A stretch of 32,000 nt of DNA, taken from assembly GCA_951812855.1 (NCBI GenBank), contig OX638337.1, positions 1,470,001 to 1,502,000 of the forward strand, in the 5' to 3' direction. The translations under genes were made by a program, and so were the position numbers. Below are positions 15,585 to 26,615 of this stretch, piece after piece; positions within the stretch are counted from its first letter, which is position 1, and the number at the start of each line of letters is the position of its first letter. Below the pieces are notes generated by a model. It made no database searches and had not been told where the DNA came from. It was given only the letters and a program-made list of their open reading frames with translations. This stretch comes from an uncultured Lentisphaeria bacterium. Its GTDB lineage: Bacteria > Verrucomicrobiota > Lentisphaeria > JABSQK01 > JAJFLO01.

Positions 15585-15602
15585 GGGCATCGCCGGATGC
15601 CC
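15585..15602 (-). terminator. GC hairpin downstream of obg (no U-tract)
   Basis: GGGCATC / GATGCCC form a 7-bp stem with a GCCG loop, about 70 nt after the obg stop. Confidence 0.3.
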
Positions 15603-15671
15603 TGTAACAGGATCGTCTCAAATCAGGGAAAATTGATGACATTGGAAGAGTATTAATGATAGTGATCTAAA

Positions 15672-16694
15672 TCAGAGACTCTCGTTACTGAACTGGGTCT
15701 CCAGCTCATTTTTCAGGGTTTTCAATCGGGTTAATGCGGATGAAATATTGGTTCCGATAATTGCAGAAACTGGATAGATTTCAATTCCAGTTTTTAACTT
15801 TAAAGTATCCAGATTTTCTTCAGCAATTTTCTCATCCATTTTGTTTGCTATAATTAAAGAGGGACGCCTGGACAGTCCTTTTTTGTACCACTCAAGTTCG
15901 TTTATCAATGAATCAAGGTCATCCCAGGGATTTCGACCGTCAATTCCAGCCATGTCAAGAACAAATGCGATTATTTTTGTTCGTTCAATATGCCTCAAAA
16001 ATTCGTGTCCGAGACCGATATTTTCGTGAGCACCTTCGATCAGTCCTGGTATATCAGCGATTCTTAATCGGGACAAATCATCGAATTCGACAATTCCAAT
16101 CTGGGGTGAAAGCGTGGTAAACGGGTAGGATGCGATTTTGGGCTCAGCACTTGAAACAAACGATAGAAGCGTTGATTTCCCTGCGTTTGGAAAGCCGACT
16201 AATCCAACATCACCGACTAATTTGAGTTCAAGTTCTAAAAATTTTTCTTCACCTTCTATCCCGGGTTCTGAATTTTGAGGGCATTGATTGACACTGGTTT
16301 TGAATCGGGCATTGCCGCGACCACCTTTACCGCCATGGGCAACAATCAGCTCCTGGTCGTCCTGATCCAGATCTGCGATTGTGTACAGGTTGTTTCTTAC
16401 ATTTTTGATCATAGTTCCTTGCGGGACCATGATAATTTTATCTTCTCCACTGTGTCCTGTTCGATCTTTTCCTTTTCCATGTTGGCCTTTACCGGCGTCA
16501 TATTGATTACGATATTTTAAGGGAGCAAGACTTTGAAGATGCGATGTTGTTTTAATAATTACATTCCCTCCATTTCCGCCATCACCTCCATCCGGCCCGC
16601 CTTTTGGGACATATTTTTCCCGGCGAAAACTGACACAGCCATTGCCGCCATTGCCGCCTTTTACTTTAATCCTTACTTTATCTATGAATTTCAT
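15672..16694 (-). CDS. obg: GTPase Obg/CgtA
   Basis: Starts MKFIDKVRIKVKGGNGGNGCVSFRREKYVPKGGPDGGDGGNGGNVI (glycine-rich Obg fold). G-domain motifs GFPNAGKST, DIPGLIEGA and NKMD are present. Confidence 0.95.
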   Translation of the reverse strand: MKFIDKVRIKVKGGNGGNGCVSFRREKYVPKGGPDGGDGGNGGNVIIKTTSHLQSLAPLKYRNQYDAGKGQHGKGKDRTGHSGEDKIIMVPQGTMIKNVRNNLYTIADLDQDDQELIVAHGGKGGRGNARFKTSVNQCPQNSEPGIEGEEKFLELELKLVGDVGLVGFPNAGKSTLLSFVSSAEPKIASYPFTTLSPQIGIVEFDDLSRLRIADIPGLIEGAHENIGLGHEFLRHIERTKIIAFVLDMAGIDGRNPWDDLDSLINELEWYKKGLSRRPSLIIANKMDEKIAEENLDTLKLKTGIEIYPVSAIIGTNISSALTRLKTLKNELETQFSNESL

Positions 16695-17237
16695 TTTCTT
16701 GTTAATTCATTTCATAATTTATTAAATTTATGTCTGCGATGATTTATTGGCATGAAATATGTGACCTGATTAATATTTTTCAGTGTACTTTAATCGATAA
16801 CATATCGAAATGGCAAAAAGCTATGATTTAAACGAGGTTAAGTATATCATTTAACTCGGACATTTAGTAATCAGAATTTTATATTGAGTATTTTTGAAAT
16901 CATATACGGGAAAGAATGGTGAATCGAATCCTTGGAATTTCAGTTAATCGTTCACATTTTGGGCGATTGAATCCGGCCGATAAAGAGTTATCCGGTTTTG
17001 GTGATACTGACCTGAATGGCATCCCGTATAACTCACACATGCTTTACACTGATGAATAATCGAAATTATTTATAGAACAATTTATAAAAAACGATTACAG
17101 ACTCACTCATATAAAAACGAGAGATAATAATTTTGTTTATTTGTATAACTGGACTGGCGATTACATCGTAAAGGCGAAACGGTAATTAAAGCCAAAGACC
17201 TAAACGAACAAACAACATACTTAGAAAGGTAAAAATC

Positions 17238-17774
17238 ATGCATGGGAAAAAAATAACAATTGTAATTGCTCTATTCATTGCAACACTGACCGTTAATGCA
17301 CAAAAAGTATATTTAGGTATCAACTACGCACAATTCGACATCGACGTAGATTACCTTAATTACAATGTCGATCCAGGGACATTAAATGTTAAAATAGGTA
17401 CTTATATAATTGATAACCTGTCAATTGAGTTTCGTGCCGGCACTGGTATTCGTGACGATTCTGATACTGTAACCACATTTCTAGGTGAAGTAATTGAAGT
17501 AAATACGGAAATTGATACCTATATCGGTCTTTTTGTCAGGGGTGAATTTCCTATTTCTGATATATTTATTCCGTTTGTCGTTGCTGGATACTCAAATGTT
17601 GATGCGACAGTAAGCAATTCGGTCGATACCCCTGATGACGCTATTTCTTACGGTGCCGGATTTGAGATATTACTGTCAGACCGTATTTCAATAGAAGCCG
17701 AATACATGTAACTCATGGATAAATCAATCTTTGAAATACGAACCCTCAGTGCCGGATTAAAATTTAAATTCTAA
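17238..17774 (+). pseudogene. Outer-membrane beta-barrel protein (OmpW/OmpA-like small barrel) interrupted by an in-frame TAA at 17709-17711
   Basis: Signal peptide MHGKKITIVIALFIATLTVNA|QK, followed by alternating beta-strand patterns. The annotated ORF stops at ...ISIEAEYM*. The same frame continues LMDKSIFEIRTLSAGLKFKF* (stop at 17772-17774), ending in a canonical OMP C-terminal beta-signal with terminal Phe. Confidence 0.6.
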
Positions 17775-18304
17775 ACAAGATAAACAGGCATAAACTTTAC
17801 GTAAAATGCTTAAACAATGAAAATGTCCGGGTACGATTAGGAATGATTAAGGAAACAGAAATATATTGTTCTGGGTGTCAAAGTCACTTTATTTATCTGT
17901 AATGAAGAAAAAGAAACGGATATTGCAAGAAGATAAATGGATTGAATTATATATGAATGAAAGCGGGGAATGCAGCTTTAAAGAATCCTCAATATATAAA
18001 CATTTTTTAATCACCATTATATCAATCTCTGAGACTGATATTACACAAATAAATCTACTATTAAAAAATTTCGAGCACAATGGTTATAGGTTTTATTGCC
18101 TTATGAATGGTGGATTTGGAAAGATTAAAAGGTGGTGTTCATAATAGAGAAATGTAACTCTGGGCACGAGTGCAACACATACAGCTTACGTCTCTGAAAA
18201 TAAGGCACGTATCCCGGAGACTTATTACATCCCCCTATGCATAGGGTAATTAAAAATCATAAAAATCCAATTAACATTTATTATTGATAACAATGTCCCG
18301 GGGT

Positions 18305-20533
18305 TTAGAATTCAGATATAATTCGATCTTTTAATTTAGTAAAACGTGGTTTCAGTTTATGATTATTCACTGCCATTGCCATTGCTTTTTTTGATCCAAT
18401 GAGAATAAGTAACTTTTGGGCACGTGTCATGGCAGTATAAATAAGATTTCGCTTCAGCATTATGTAATGTTGTGAAATAATGGGTACTAAAACCGCGGGA
18501 AACTCGCTGCCCTGGGATTTGTGAATGGTTATTGCATAAGCAAGTCGGATTTGATCGATATCGTCGAAGTTGTAGGTTACAATTCCGGTATCAAAAACAA
18601 TATGAAAAGATTTATTTGCACTGTCTATTTTCTGTATAATTCCTAAGTCACCGTTGAATACATTCAGATCATAGTTATTTGAAATTTGCATAACGCGATC
18701 ACCTTCAAAATAACTGGTTTCTCCAAAATGGAGCTCACGTGATTGACTTGTCGTGTTTGGATTTAACGATGCCTGCAGCGATAGATTTAGACTTTTTGTC
18801 CCGCAGGGTCCCTGATTCATCGGGGTTAATACCTGAATATCGGTGATTGGCGATAGGTCGAATCGTTTAGGAATACGGTCATTCACCATAGTTTCGATTA
18901 GATTTACAATCTTATTTTGATCGTCCTGATCAATCCAGTAAAAATCTGTTAGTTCACCGGATTGCTTTTTGAGTTCAGGCATGTTACCTGAGTTTACCCT
19001 GTACGAATTCGTGATTATATGGCTGCCTTCGGACTGTCTGTAAATTTGGGTAAGGCAGGTAACATTAATTTTACCGGACTGGATTAAATCATTGAGAAAA
19101 GAACCTGGTCCGATTGATGGTAATTGGTCCTTGTCGCCAACAAGAATAAGGTTAGTCCCCGGCATAACTGCATTAAATAAATGATAGGCTAAAGTTATAT
19201 CGAGCATTGAAATTTCATCAATTATTATTAGATCGGCTTTTATTGGATTATCGGCATTATATGAAAATGATTGTCTATGCGGATCCCATTTTAATAATCG
19301 GTGGATTGTACTTGCAGAATGGCCGCTGGATTCCGTTAGTTTTTTAGCTGCCCGACCCGTAGGTGCTGCCAGGGCGATTTCTAATTCTTGTGCGGCAGCT
19401 ATTGCAATAATTTCTCGGGTAACGGTTGTTTTACCAACACCGGGTCCACCGGTAATAATACTGATTGGGAATTGAAAAGCATTTTTTACCGCACATTTCT
19501 GATCTTCATTTAACTTTTTCCCATGGGCTGCTGTATTTAGTTCATTGATTTGGGCAGCATGGAAGTTCGAATCAGAAATCTTAATTTTTATTTGATCAGC
19601 CAGTGATGTTTCAATTTCAAAAAGATGTCTGGAATAGATTAATTCGTTTCCCTGAACCCCTTTTCCTTTATATTCAACCAAGGCACCATCTTGAAATCCT
19701 CGTTTGATTCCTTCTTCTGCAAGTGTCGTGGATACGTTTAGGATACTGGCAGCCTGTTCAATTAATTCCTTTTTTGGAAAGCATACATGACCACTTCTGT
19801 CTGTTAATTGGTTAAGCACATAAACAGCACCTGATGCTAAGCGAAACGGATTGTCTGCAGCAATATCTAATCGAGCGGCGACTCCATCTGCCATGCTAAA
19901 CCCTATTCCTTTAACTTCATTTGCCAGGCGGTAGGGATTATCCTGAATAATTTTAGTTGCATTATCGCCAAATTTTTTGAATATTCGATTAGCATAGGCC
20001 TGTGATATCCCCAGGCCATGCAGGAAAATAAAGCTGTCTCGACGATGGGTTTTTGTATTCCAGATTTCTCGAATCTCTTTTGCACGTTCTTTACTTATAC
20101 CCCGTACCTCACTGAGTCTAACTGATGCATTATCGAGAATCTCAAGGGTTTCCAATTGAAATTTTTTAACAATTCGTTCTGCTAATTTGGGTCCTATTCC
20201 AGGTATGACTCCACTGGAGAGATAGCGAACAATACCTTGTTCTGTTGAGGGTAAAATCTCTGAAAATTCGGTAACTTTCAGTTGTCGTCCAAATTTTTTA
20301 TGATTTGTCCAATATCCTTTTACCTCTAACTCCTGACCCTTACAAATTCCCGGCAGCGTTCCAACAATGATATGTTCACACTGTTTGTGATCAACAATTC
20401 TTGCGATTTTATAGTGATCACTGTCTGACTGGAAAAGAATGGACAATACTTCTCCTTTGATTGTGACATCAAAATGAAACGTATCCTGATCTGAATCAGG
20501 TTGAGATTGGTTAAATAATGATTCGTCGTGCAT
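18305..20533 (-). CDS. recD2: SF1B ATP-dependent RecD-like DNA helicase (RecD2 type)
   Basis: 742 aa. Contains an N-terminal OB/HhH region, Walker A ITGGPGVGKTT, Walker B LIIIDEISMLD, ...LVGDKDQLPS... and the C-terminal AYAITIHKSQGSEF motif. Confidence 0.9.
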   Translation of the reverse strand: MHDESLFNQSQPDSDQDTFHFDVTIKGEVLSILFQSDSDHYKIARIVDHKQCEHIIVGTLPGICKGQELEVKGYWTNHKKFGRQLKVTEFSEILPSTEQGIVRYLSSGVIPGIGPKLAERIVKKFQLETLEILDNASVRLSEVRGISKERAKEIREIWNTKTHRRDSFIFLHGLGISQAYANRIFKKFGDNATKIIQDNPYRLANEVKGIGFSMADGVAARLDIAADNPFRLASGAVYVLNQLTDRSGHVCFPKKELIEQAASILNVSTTLAEEGIKRGFQDGALVEYKGKGVQGNELIYSRHLFEIETSLADQIKIKISDSNFHAAQINELNTAAHGKKLNEDQKCAVKNAFQFPISIITGGPGVGKTTVTREIIAIAAAQELEIALAAPTGRAAKKLTESSGHSASTIHRLLKWDPHRQSFSYNADNPIKADLIIIDEISMLDITLAYHLFNAVMPGTNLILVGDKDQLPSIGPGSFLNDLIQSGKINVTCLTQIYRQSEGSHIITNSYRVNSGNMPELKKQSGELTDFYWIDQDDQNKIVNLIETMVNDRIPKRFDLSPITDIQVLTPMNQGPCGTKSLNLSLQASLNPNTTSQSRELHFGETSYFEGDRVMQISNNYDLNVFNGDLGIIQKIDSANKSFHIVFDTGIVTYNFDDIDQIRLAYAITIHKSQGSEFPAVLVPIISQHYIMLKRNLIYTAMTRAQKLLILIGSKKAMAMAVNNHKLKPRFTKLKDRIISEF

Positions 20534-20650
20534 AAACAGTGTAAATCTACTACAGGTTGTAAAAGGCAGTCAGTTATCTCTATATGAACAGGTTCTGCAG
20601 TTTGACATATGATAATAAGAGTATTTTTCCACCTAAAGAAACTCAACGAT

Positions 20651-23600
20651 CTATACTGAATTTTTCGTTTGGTATCTGAAGTTCCGGTTTTCCCGTTCAT
20701 TCACAACGTCACTTGCTTTTATCAAGACAGAATTATCACCCAGGATTCTGTTGACTTTCTGTTCAAATTCAAGTGTAAAATTTATTGTGAACGGTTTAGC
20801 GGTTCTGATAAAGGCAATTTGTTCATTATCACAAATCAGCGTCAGGACAATCGGTATTTCCCCGGGATGTTCCTGAATTAGTGCTTTGAGTTGACTCAAA
20901 ACACGATCATTAATTTCAGATTGAATAATACGTATATTAATTTCTCTGGTACATTCAACGGGTGCGTTTTCCAGTGAAATTACTTTAGATCCAATGATTT
21001 TTGCTTGATCTTCACCGTCCCTGAACGAAACATTCCCCTCAATAAAAACTGAATCGTTTTCATTGAGTAATGCGGAACTGATTGAGTATAAATCGGAATA
21101 AATTAAACATTCTGCGGTGTTGGAAAAGTCTTCCAAATTAATTATTGCCCAGGGATTTCCGTTACGTTTTGAATAACGTACTCTGGTTGATGTGATTAAC
21201 CCGCCAACCCGAACCGTCTGATTGTCAGATAAATTTTTTAGATCAATAATAGAATTAACTCCATACGTCTTAATTATCTTCTCGTATCCATTTAGAGGAT
21301 GACCGGTAACATAGAATCCAAGTAGTTCTTTTTCATAGTTTAACCGTTGTTTCTGTGTCCATTCTCTGATCTCCGGAATCTCAACTTGCTGTATGCCTGT
21401 TTCATCATTTTCACTTAAAATATCAAAAAAGTTTTCCTGACCAATCTGCTTATCTCTGAGTGATATTTGAGCACGGCTAATGACATCATCGATCATAGCG
21501 AACATCTGTGATCGTTTTAAGTTAAACCCGTCAAATGCACCACATTGGCACAAATTTTCCATTATTCGACGGTTGATGCTGGTGCCAACTCGCTCATAAA
21601 ATTCAAATAATGTCGAAAATTTTCCATCTTTACGTGATTCAATAATTGCCTGGGAACCTGCTGCACCCACACCCTTGATTGCAGCCAACCCAAATCGAAT
21701 TGAACTCCCGTCAACCGTAAAATTTAAGTCACTATAATTAACATCAGGAGGCAGAATCGTAATATCTAAATCTTTACATTCAGCAATGAGTATAGAAATT
21801 CGATCAGCTGAATGTAATTCGTTGGATAAATTGACACACATGAATTCTATGAGATAATTTGCCTTGAGAAACGCCGTTTGATAGGCAAGAACAGCATAGG
21901 CTGCACTATGAGATTTATTGAATCCGTAACCCGCAAACATCTCGATTTTTTCAAATATTTTCTTTGCTTTTTCCAACTTTATTCCGTTTCCCCGGCAGCC
22001 TTCACTGAACTCTTCAAATTGTGCCTTCATTTCATCAGCCTTTTTCTTACCCATTGTCCGTCGTAATATGTCGGCCTGTGCCAAGGTAAATCCAGCAACA
22101 GTTTGCACAATCTGCATGACCTGTTCCTGGTAGAGCATGATCCCGTATGTTTCTTCAAGAATTGATTCCATTGCCGGATGATCGTATTCAACTTTTTTCT
22201 TGCCCATTTTTCGAGCAATGAATTCATCAAGAAACTGCATTGGTCCCGGACGATATAACGCAACTAATGCGATTATGTCTTCAATACGGTCGACACCAAA
22301 TCGTCGGCATAAGTCCCGCATGCCACTGGATTCAAGCTGAAAAATCGCAACGGTTTTTCCTTTTTTGATAAGGTTGTAGGTTATTTCGTCATCAAGCGGG
22401 ATCGATTCAGGAGTTATAGAATCCGGAGAACTGCTGTTTATGAGATCACAGGTATCATGTATTATCGTTAATGTTCTTAACCCCAGGAAATCCATTTTCA
22501 ACAGACCGAGTTCCTCACAGGGACCTGCCGGGAACTGAGTAATAATTTCTTTGCCTTGACCACGAGCAAGCGGTACTAAATTCGTTAAAGGCTGATCTCC
22601 TATAATGACACCGGCTGCATGGATGCTCATATTTCGGTTTAGTCCTTCGAGAGGTTCAGAATAGGTATAAACTTCATCAACCCATGATTCAGTATTTTTA
22701 AGACTTTTTAGTTCTTTAATTTCATCAAATGCCCTGTTCAGTTTCATCCTGGGATCATTGGGGATGAGTTTCGTCAATTTGATACCATCATCAAACGGTC
22801 TGCCCATAGCACGTGTTACATCTTTTATGACGGCTTTTGTTTTGAGAGTTCCAAATGTTCCGATCTGAGCAACACTGTCATCTCCGTATTTTCTGCGGAC
22901 ATATTCAATTACTTCAGATCGGCGGCGTTCACACAGGTCAATATCAAAGTCGGGAGGACTGATCCGGTCAGGGTTTAAAAATCGCTCAAACAATAATTGA
23001 TATCTTAAGGGATCAATATCAGTTATTTTTAACAAATATGCAACAATACTGCCTGCTCCACTGCCTCTGCCGGGGCCAATCGGAATTTTCTTGCTTCTGG
23101 CATAGTTGAGAAAATCCCAGACAACAAGGAAATAACTTGAGAATCCCATTTTATCGATCACATCAATTTCGTAATTCATGCGGTCGATGATTTGCCTATC
23201 ATTTGAGGATAACTGATCGATAGTTTTTGAGTCTAATTCAATGTTATAGCGTTCAATTAGACCAATTTTACATCGATTAACTAAAAACTGTTTCCTGTCC
23301 GAACCATCTGGCGTCTTAAACACAGGATAGTGATTGACGCTGTTAAGCTCCAATTTTATATTACATTTTTCTGCAAGTTCCAATGTATTTTTTATTGCTT
23401 CAGGTATTTCCTTAAAAAGAGCAACCATTTCTTCAGTACTTTTAAAGTAGAATTCTTCAGACGGGAAACGCATTCGGTTGTCGTCCTGCATCGTTTTTTG
23501 AGTTCCGATACATAAGAGAACTTCATGAGCTGCTGCATGTTCTTTCAATAGGTAGTGAGTGTCATTTGTGGCGATTAAGGGAGTTCCAAATTCTTTACTT

Positions 23601-24184
23601 AGTTTTATTAATTCCTGATTGACCTTGAGCTGCTCCTTCATCCCATGATCCTGGAGCTCAAGATAAAAATTATCTTTGCCAAGAATATCAATATAATCGG
23701 CTAATGATTCTTTCGCTCTGGATGTGTTTCCAGCACGAATATGAGCCGGGATTTCTCCTCCAATACACGAACTGGTACCGATAATTCCATCATTATATTG
23801 TTGGAGCAGTTCTTTATCTATTCTTGGTTTGAAATAATACCCTTCCAGATAGGCCAGGGAAGTCAGCCTGCAAATGTTTTGATAACCACCAAAATCTTTA
23901 GCATATAAAATTTGATGGTAACCTTTATGGTAGTCATGGTTTTGATTGCGATCAAATCGGCTCTCCGGGGCTAAATAACATTCACATCCAATAATGGGTT
24001 TAATGTCGTTATTTTTCATTGTTTTATAAAATTGAACGGCACCGCATAAATTCCCGTGATCTGTTAAAGCCATTGCTTTCATGTTATACGATTTGGCTAA
24101 TTCAGCCAATTCATTGATTTTACATGCTCCGTCAAGCATGCTGAAATCGGAATGGATATGGAGATGTACGAATTCGGATGGCAT
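20651..24184 (-). CDS. dnaE: DNA polymerase III alpha subunit
   Basis: 1177 aa. PHP domain FVHLHIHSDFSMLDGA at the start. Colinear palm/fingers region (...GFSSYFLVVWDF..., ...PDFDIDL...). OB-fold near the C-terminus. The length is normal, so no intein. Confidence 0.97.
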   Translation of the reverse strand: MPSEFVHLHIHSDFSMLDGACKINELAELAKSYNMKAMALTDHGNLCGAVQFYKTMKNNDIKPIIGCECYLAPESRFDRNQNHDYHKGYHQILYAKDFGGYQNICRLTSLAYLEGYYFKPRIDKELLQQYNDGIIGTSSCIGGEIPAHIRAGNTSRAKESLADYIDILGKDNFYLELQDHGMKEQLKVNQELIKLSKEFGTPLIATNDTHYLLKEHAAAHEVLLCIGTQKTMQDDNRMRFPSEEFYFKSTEEMVALFKEIPEAIKNTLELAEKCNIKLELNSVNHYPVFKTPDGSDRKQFLVNRCKIGLIERYNIELDSKTIDQLSSNDRQIIDRMNYEIDVIDKMGFSSYFLVVWDFLNYARSKKIPIGPGRGSGAGSIVAYLLKITDIDPLRYQLLFERFLNPDRISPPDFDIDLCERRRSEVIEYVRRKYGDDSVAQIGTFGTLKTKAVIKDVTRAMGRPFDDGIKLTKLIPNDPRMKLNRAFDEIKELKSLKNTESWVDEVYTYSEPLEGLNRNMSIHAAGVIIGDQPLTNLVPLARGQGKEIITQFPAGPCEELGLLKMDFLGLRTLTIIHDTCDLINSSSPDSITPESIPLDDEITYNLIKKGKTVAIFQLESSGMRDLCRRFGVDRIEDIIALVALYRPGPMQFLDEFIARKMGKKKVEYDHPAMESILEETYGIMLYQEQVMQIVQTVAGFTLAQADILRRTMGKKKADEMKAQFEEFSEGCRGNGIKLEKAKKIFEKIEMFAGYGFNKSHSAAYAVLAYQTAFLKANYLIEFMCVNLSNELHSADRISILIAECKDLDITILPPDVNYSDLNFTVDGSSIRFGLAAIKGVGAAGSQAIIESRKDGKFSTLFEFYERVGTSINRRIMENLCQCGAFDGFNLKRSQMFAMIDDVISRAQISLRDKQIGQENFFDILSENDETGIQQVEIPEIREWTQKQRLNYEKELLGFYVTGHPLNGYEKIIKTYGVNSIIDLKNLSDNQTVRVGGLITSTRVRYSKRNGNPWAIINLEDFSNTAECLIYSDLYSISSALLNENDSVFIEGNVSFRDGEDQAKIIGSKVISLENAPVECTREINIRIIQSEINDRVLSQLKALIQEHPGEIPIVLTLICDNEQIAFIRTAKPFTINFTLEFEQKVNRILGDNSVLIKASDVVNERENRNFRYQTKNSV

Positions 24185-24664
24185 AAATTTATATTGTATC
24201 GTTAAGTCCGGGCTGATCGTGTATTTTTCAGGTTCGTAGAGAAGCGAATGTTTTATGATCCAAATTGTATAGCTGAATTTATGCGTAACTCACTTAGCGT
24301 TGCCTGGATCTGCATAAACGTTAAATCTGAAACAGATGTTAATCAGTATGCAGCGGTTTCTGGTTGTTAAACATCGATTGTTATGATTATAGATGCATTT
24401 ACAGAGAATGCTGATAACTGGCTAATCTGCACAAAATCACAAAATTTGTGAACCTCAGACAACCTCGGAAATCGATGCCTGAAGTGTCGCCAAATCATAT
24501 TAAGTTAAATTGTTATCTATGTGATGTCCAAACATGATGTTAATTTTATTTTAAACATCGCATTTCTACTAGAGGGATCGGGTTTCTGTGAGGAAAGATG
24601 TTGATTTGGAGTAAGGCGTTATTATGGAGTGGGTTACTATACAGAGTCAGCAACTTGAAACATA

Positions 24665-25114
24665 TCAGTTATGTTCTTTGAGTAATTCGAAAATATCATG
24701 GGTTGTTGCACAAGAGAATAGATTACTTCTAAAATTATCATTTCTAATCAGCCAGGAAATTCTCGAAAGAATTTTTAAGTATTCAGACTGATTTGAATTA
24801 ATTCCAATTAAAAAGATGAGATGAACGGGAGTTCCATCGGGTGTAACATAATCTATCCCATCAACTGATCGGCCGAGCACGATAAATATATCATCCAGAT
24901 TTTCAATTCGTGCATGAGGAATTGCGACGCCTAAACCAATTGCTGTAGATGATTGTTCTTCTCTTTCTTTTATTTTTTCGAAAAATGTATCAGGATCAGG
25001 AAGAATATTGTTTGCCTTCACGGTTTCCATCAGTTGTTCAAGTGCATTTGAACTGTCACTGCCTTCTAATTCAATGATGTATTCTTCCTTCATATAACTT
25101 ATAATTTGTTTCAT
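24665..25114 (-). CDS. PTS EIIA type-2 domain protein (PtsN/EIIA-Ntr-like)
   Basis: 149 aa. ...EREEQSSTAIGLGVAIPHARI... contains the phospho-His site of EIIA(Ntr/Fru/Mtl). Confidence 0.8.
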   Translation of the reverse strand: MKQIISYMKEEYIIELEGSDSSNALEQLMETVKANNILPDPDTFFEKIKEREEQSSTAIGLGVAIPHARIENLDDIFIVLGRSVDGIDYVTPDGTPVHLIFLIGINSNQSEYLKILSRISWLIRNDNFRSNLFSCATTHDIFELLKEHN

Positions 25115-25407
25115 TTTAAATCATTCTTTAAATTTAATTGGTTCATAGTTTTAAAATTGTTTTGCTGAAACCAAAATTATATATCTGATAATAATGGATT
25201 CCCTATAGATGTGTGCCCCTGACTTTCTCTCTGCTTAAAAACGGGGTGGGATCGTAATTCTATAATTGTTTTCAGTAAAATTCAGAAAACGGCGTGAAAT
25301 GAAAACGATATACGGGAAGGGAATTTATTTTTTAGATTAGCAATTGTCAGCTTTATTTATATTAATTGATCCTTTAGTATAAAAATAAATAAATTCCTTG
25401 GGACGTT

Positions 25408-25875
25408 CTAGAATAATGAGTAATATTGTGACATCATCAATCCGGTAGTTAATCCAACAGCAATCAGTGATGCAACAGCAGAAAGTATATACACTGTCCC
25501 CGGTTCAGTTCCGATTTTAGTTGTCGCCTGCCCTTGAATAACTTGTTTTACTCGAGCTTCAGATGCTGCTTTTTTAGCTGCATCCGTTTGTTTTTCTGAT
25601 CCAGCAGGCTGTTGAGCACGTGAAACAGCCTTTAATTTTAATGCCTTGCCCGATTTTGAGGTACCTGCAGGAGCACCGGAACTTCTCGTTCCACCTGCAG
25701 CAACGGGGGATTTTATTTTCAACATAGACTTCAATTGTTGCCCTCCGGCTGCCGGAACTTTTATTTTTAGAGTACCTTTTGCTAATGGTGCAGCCGCAGC
25801 TTTGCCTGGTTCTTCTAAAGACTGTTTAGGTTGTTTAATCGTCAATTTAAGGTCAGGTTTTTCTTCATCAGCCAC
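25408..25875 (-). CDS. Lys/Ala/Gly-rich low-complexity protein with a single C-terminal transmembrane anchor
   Basis: 155 aa. It has four L-K-[LI]-[KT]-[IAV] motifs (LKLTIKQP, TLKIKVPAAGG, MLKIKSPVAAGG, ALKLKAVS), then VYILSAVASLIAVGLTTGLMM near the C-terminus. The locus is visibly more GC-rich than its flanks. Confidence 0.55.
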   Translation of the reverse strand: MADEEKPDLKLTIKQPKQSLEEPGKAAAAPLAKGTLKIKVPAAGGQQLKSMLKIKSPVAAGGTRSSGAPAGTSKSGKALKLKAVSRAQQPAGSEKQTDAAKKAASEARVKQVIQGQATTKIGTEPGTVYILSAVASLIAVGLTTGLMMSQYYSLF

Positions 25876-25914
25876 GAATTTTTCTCCAATTCAGTCTCAT
25901 GCTCTTTAAACTAA

Positions 25915-26130
25915 TTATAATCTCCCTTTTGGGTATATACTAAATAGGCTGCCTAAAATTTCAATGCATTTCAATCTAAATTTCATTTTTTTAGCAATTA
26001 ACAAATCGATAGCAATTTTTATCAATAATCCTGATATCGTTAAAAACGCCATCCATGGTAGAATTGAAGTTGTTTCATGCATACCTAAAATTTCACCTAA
26101 ATTAAATGTAGAATACTTCTTTATTTCCAA
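25915..26130 (-). CDS. Possible small membrane protein (weak)
   Basis: 71-aa ORF with one hydrophobic span (ILPWMAFLTISGLLIKIAIDLLIA). It ends 40 nt upstream of the K/A-rich gene. An equally long ORF exists on the opposite strand, and I recognise no homology. Confidence 0.25.
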   Translation of the reverse strand: MEIKKYSTFNLGEILGMHETTSILPWMAFLTISGLLIKIAIDLLIAKKMKFRLKCIEILGSLFSIYPKGRL

Positions 26131-26175
26131 AGTAATATCTTCTTGTAATCGAATTTGGAAAAGTCCAGGGGTGCG

Positions 26176-26575
<400 letters not shown>

Positions 26576-26615
26576 TGTGTAAAAATAATAAAGAAGAGAC
26601 ATAATTTGATTCCGG

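Noticed and set aside
16917-17060. 47-codon plus-strand ORF (MVNRILGISVNRSHFGRLNPADKELSGFGDTDLNGIPYNSHMLYTDE) upstream of the OMP gene
   Set aside because: No recognisable family, weak SD, and nothing to distinguish it from a chance ORF.
17866-18144. 92-aa plus-strand ORF (and its antisense 63-aa ORF)
   Set aside because: The region is very AT-rich, the start is ambiguous, and there is no SD or motif. A real gene cannot be excluded, but nothing supports it.
18233-18246. Perfect 14-nt palindrome CCCTATGCATAGGG downstream of recD2
   Set aside because: It has no loop, so it is a poor RNA hairpin. It has no flanking U-tract and no second copy in the window. It may be a protein-binding site, but that is unsupported.
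20651-24184. Checked dnaE for an intein or insertion
   Set aside because: The length (1177 aa) and motif order are those of an uninterrupted DnaE. No Cys/Ser-...-HN splice junction block was seen.
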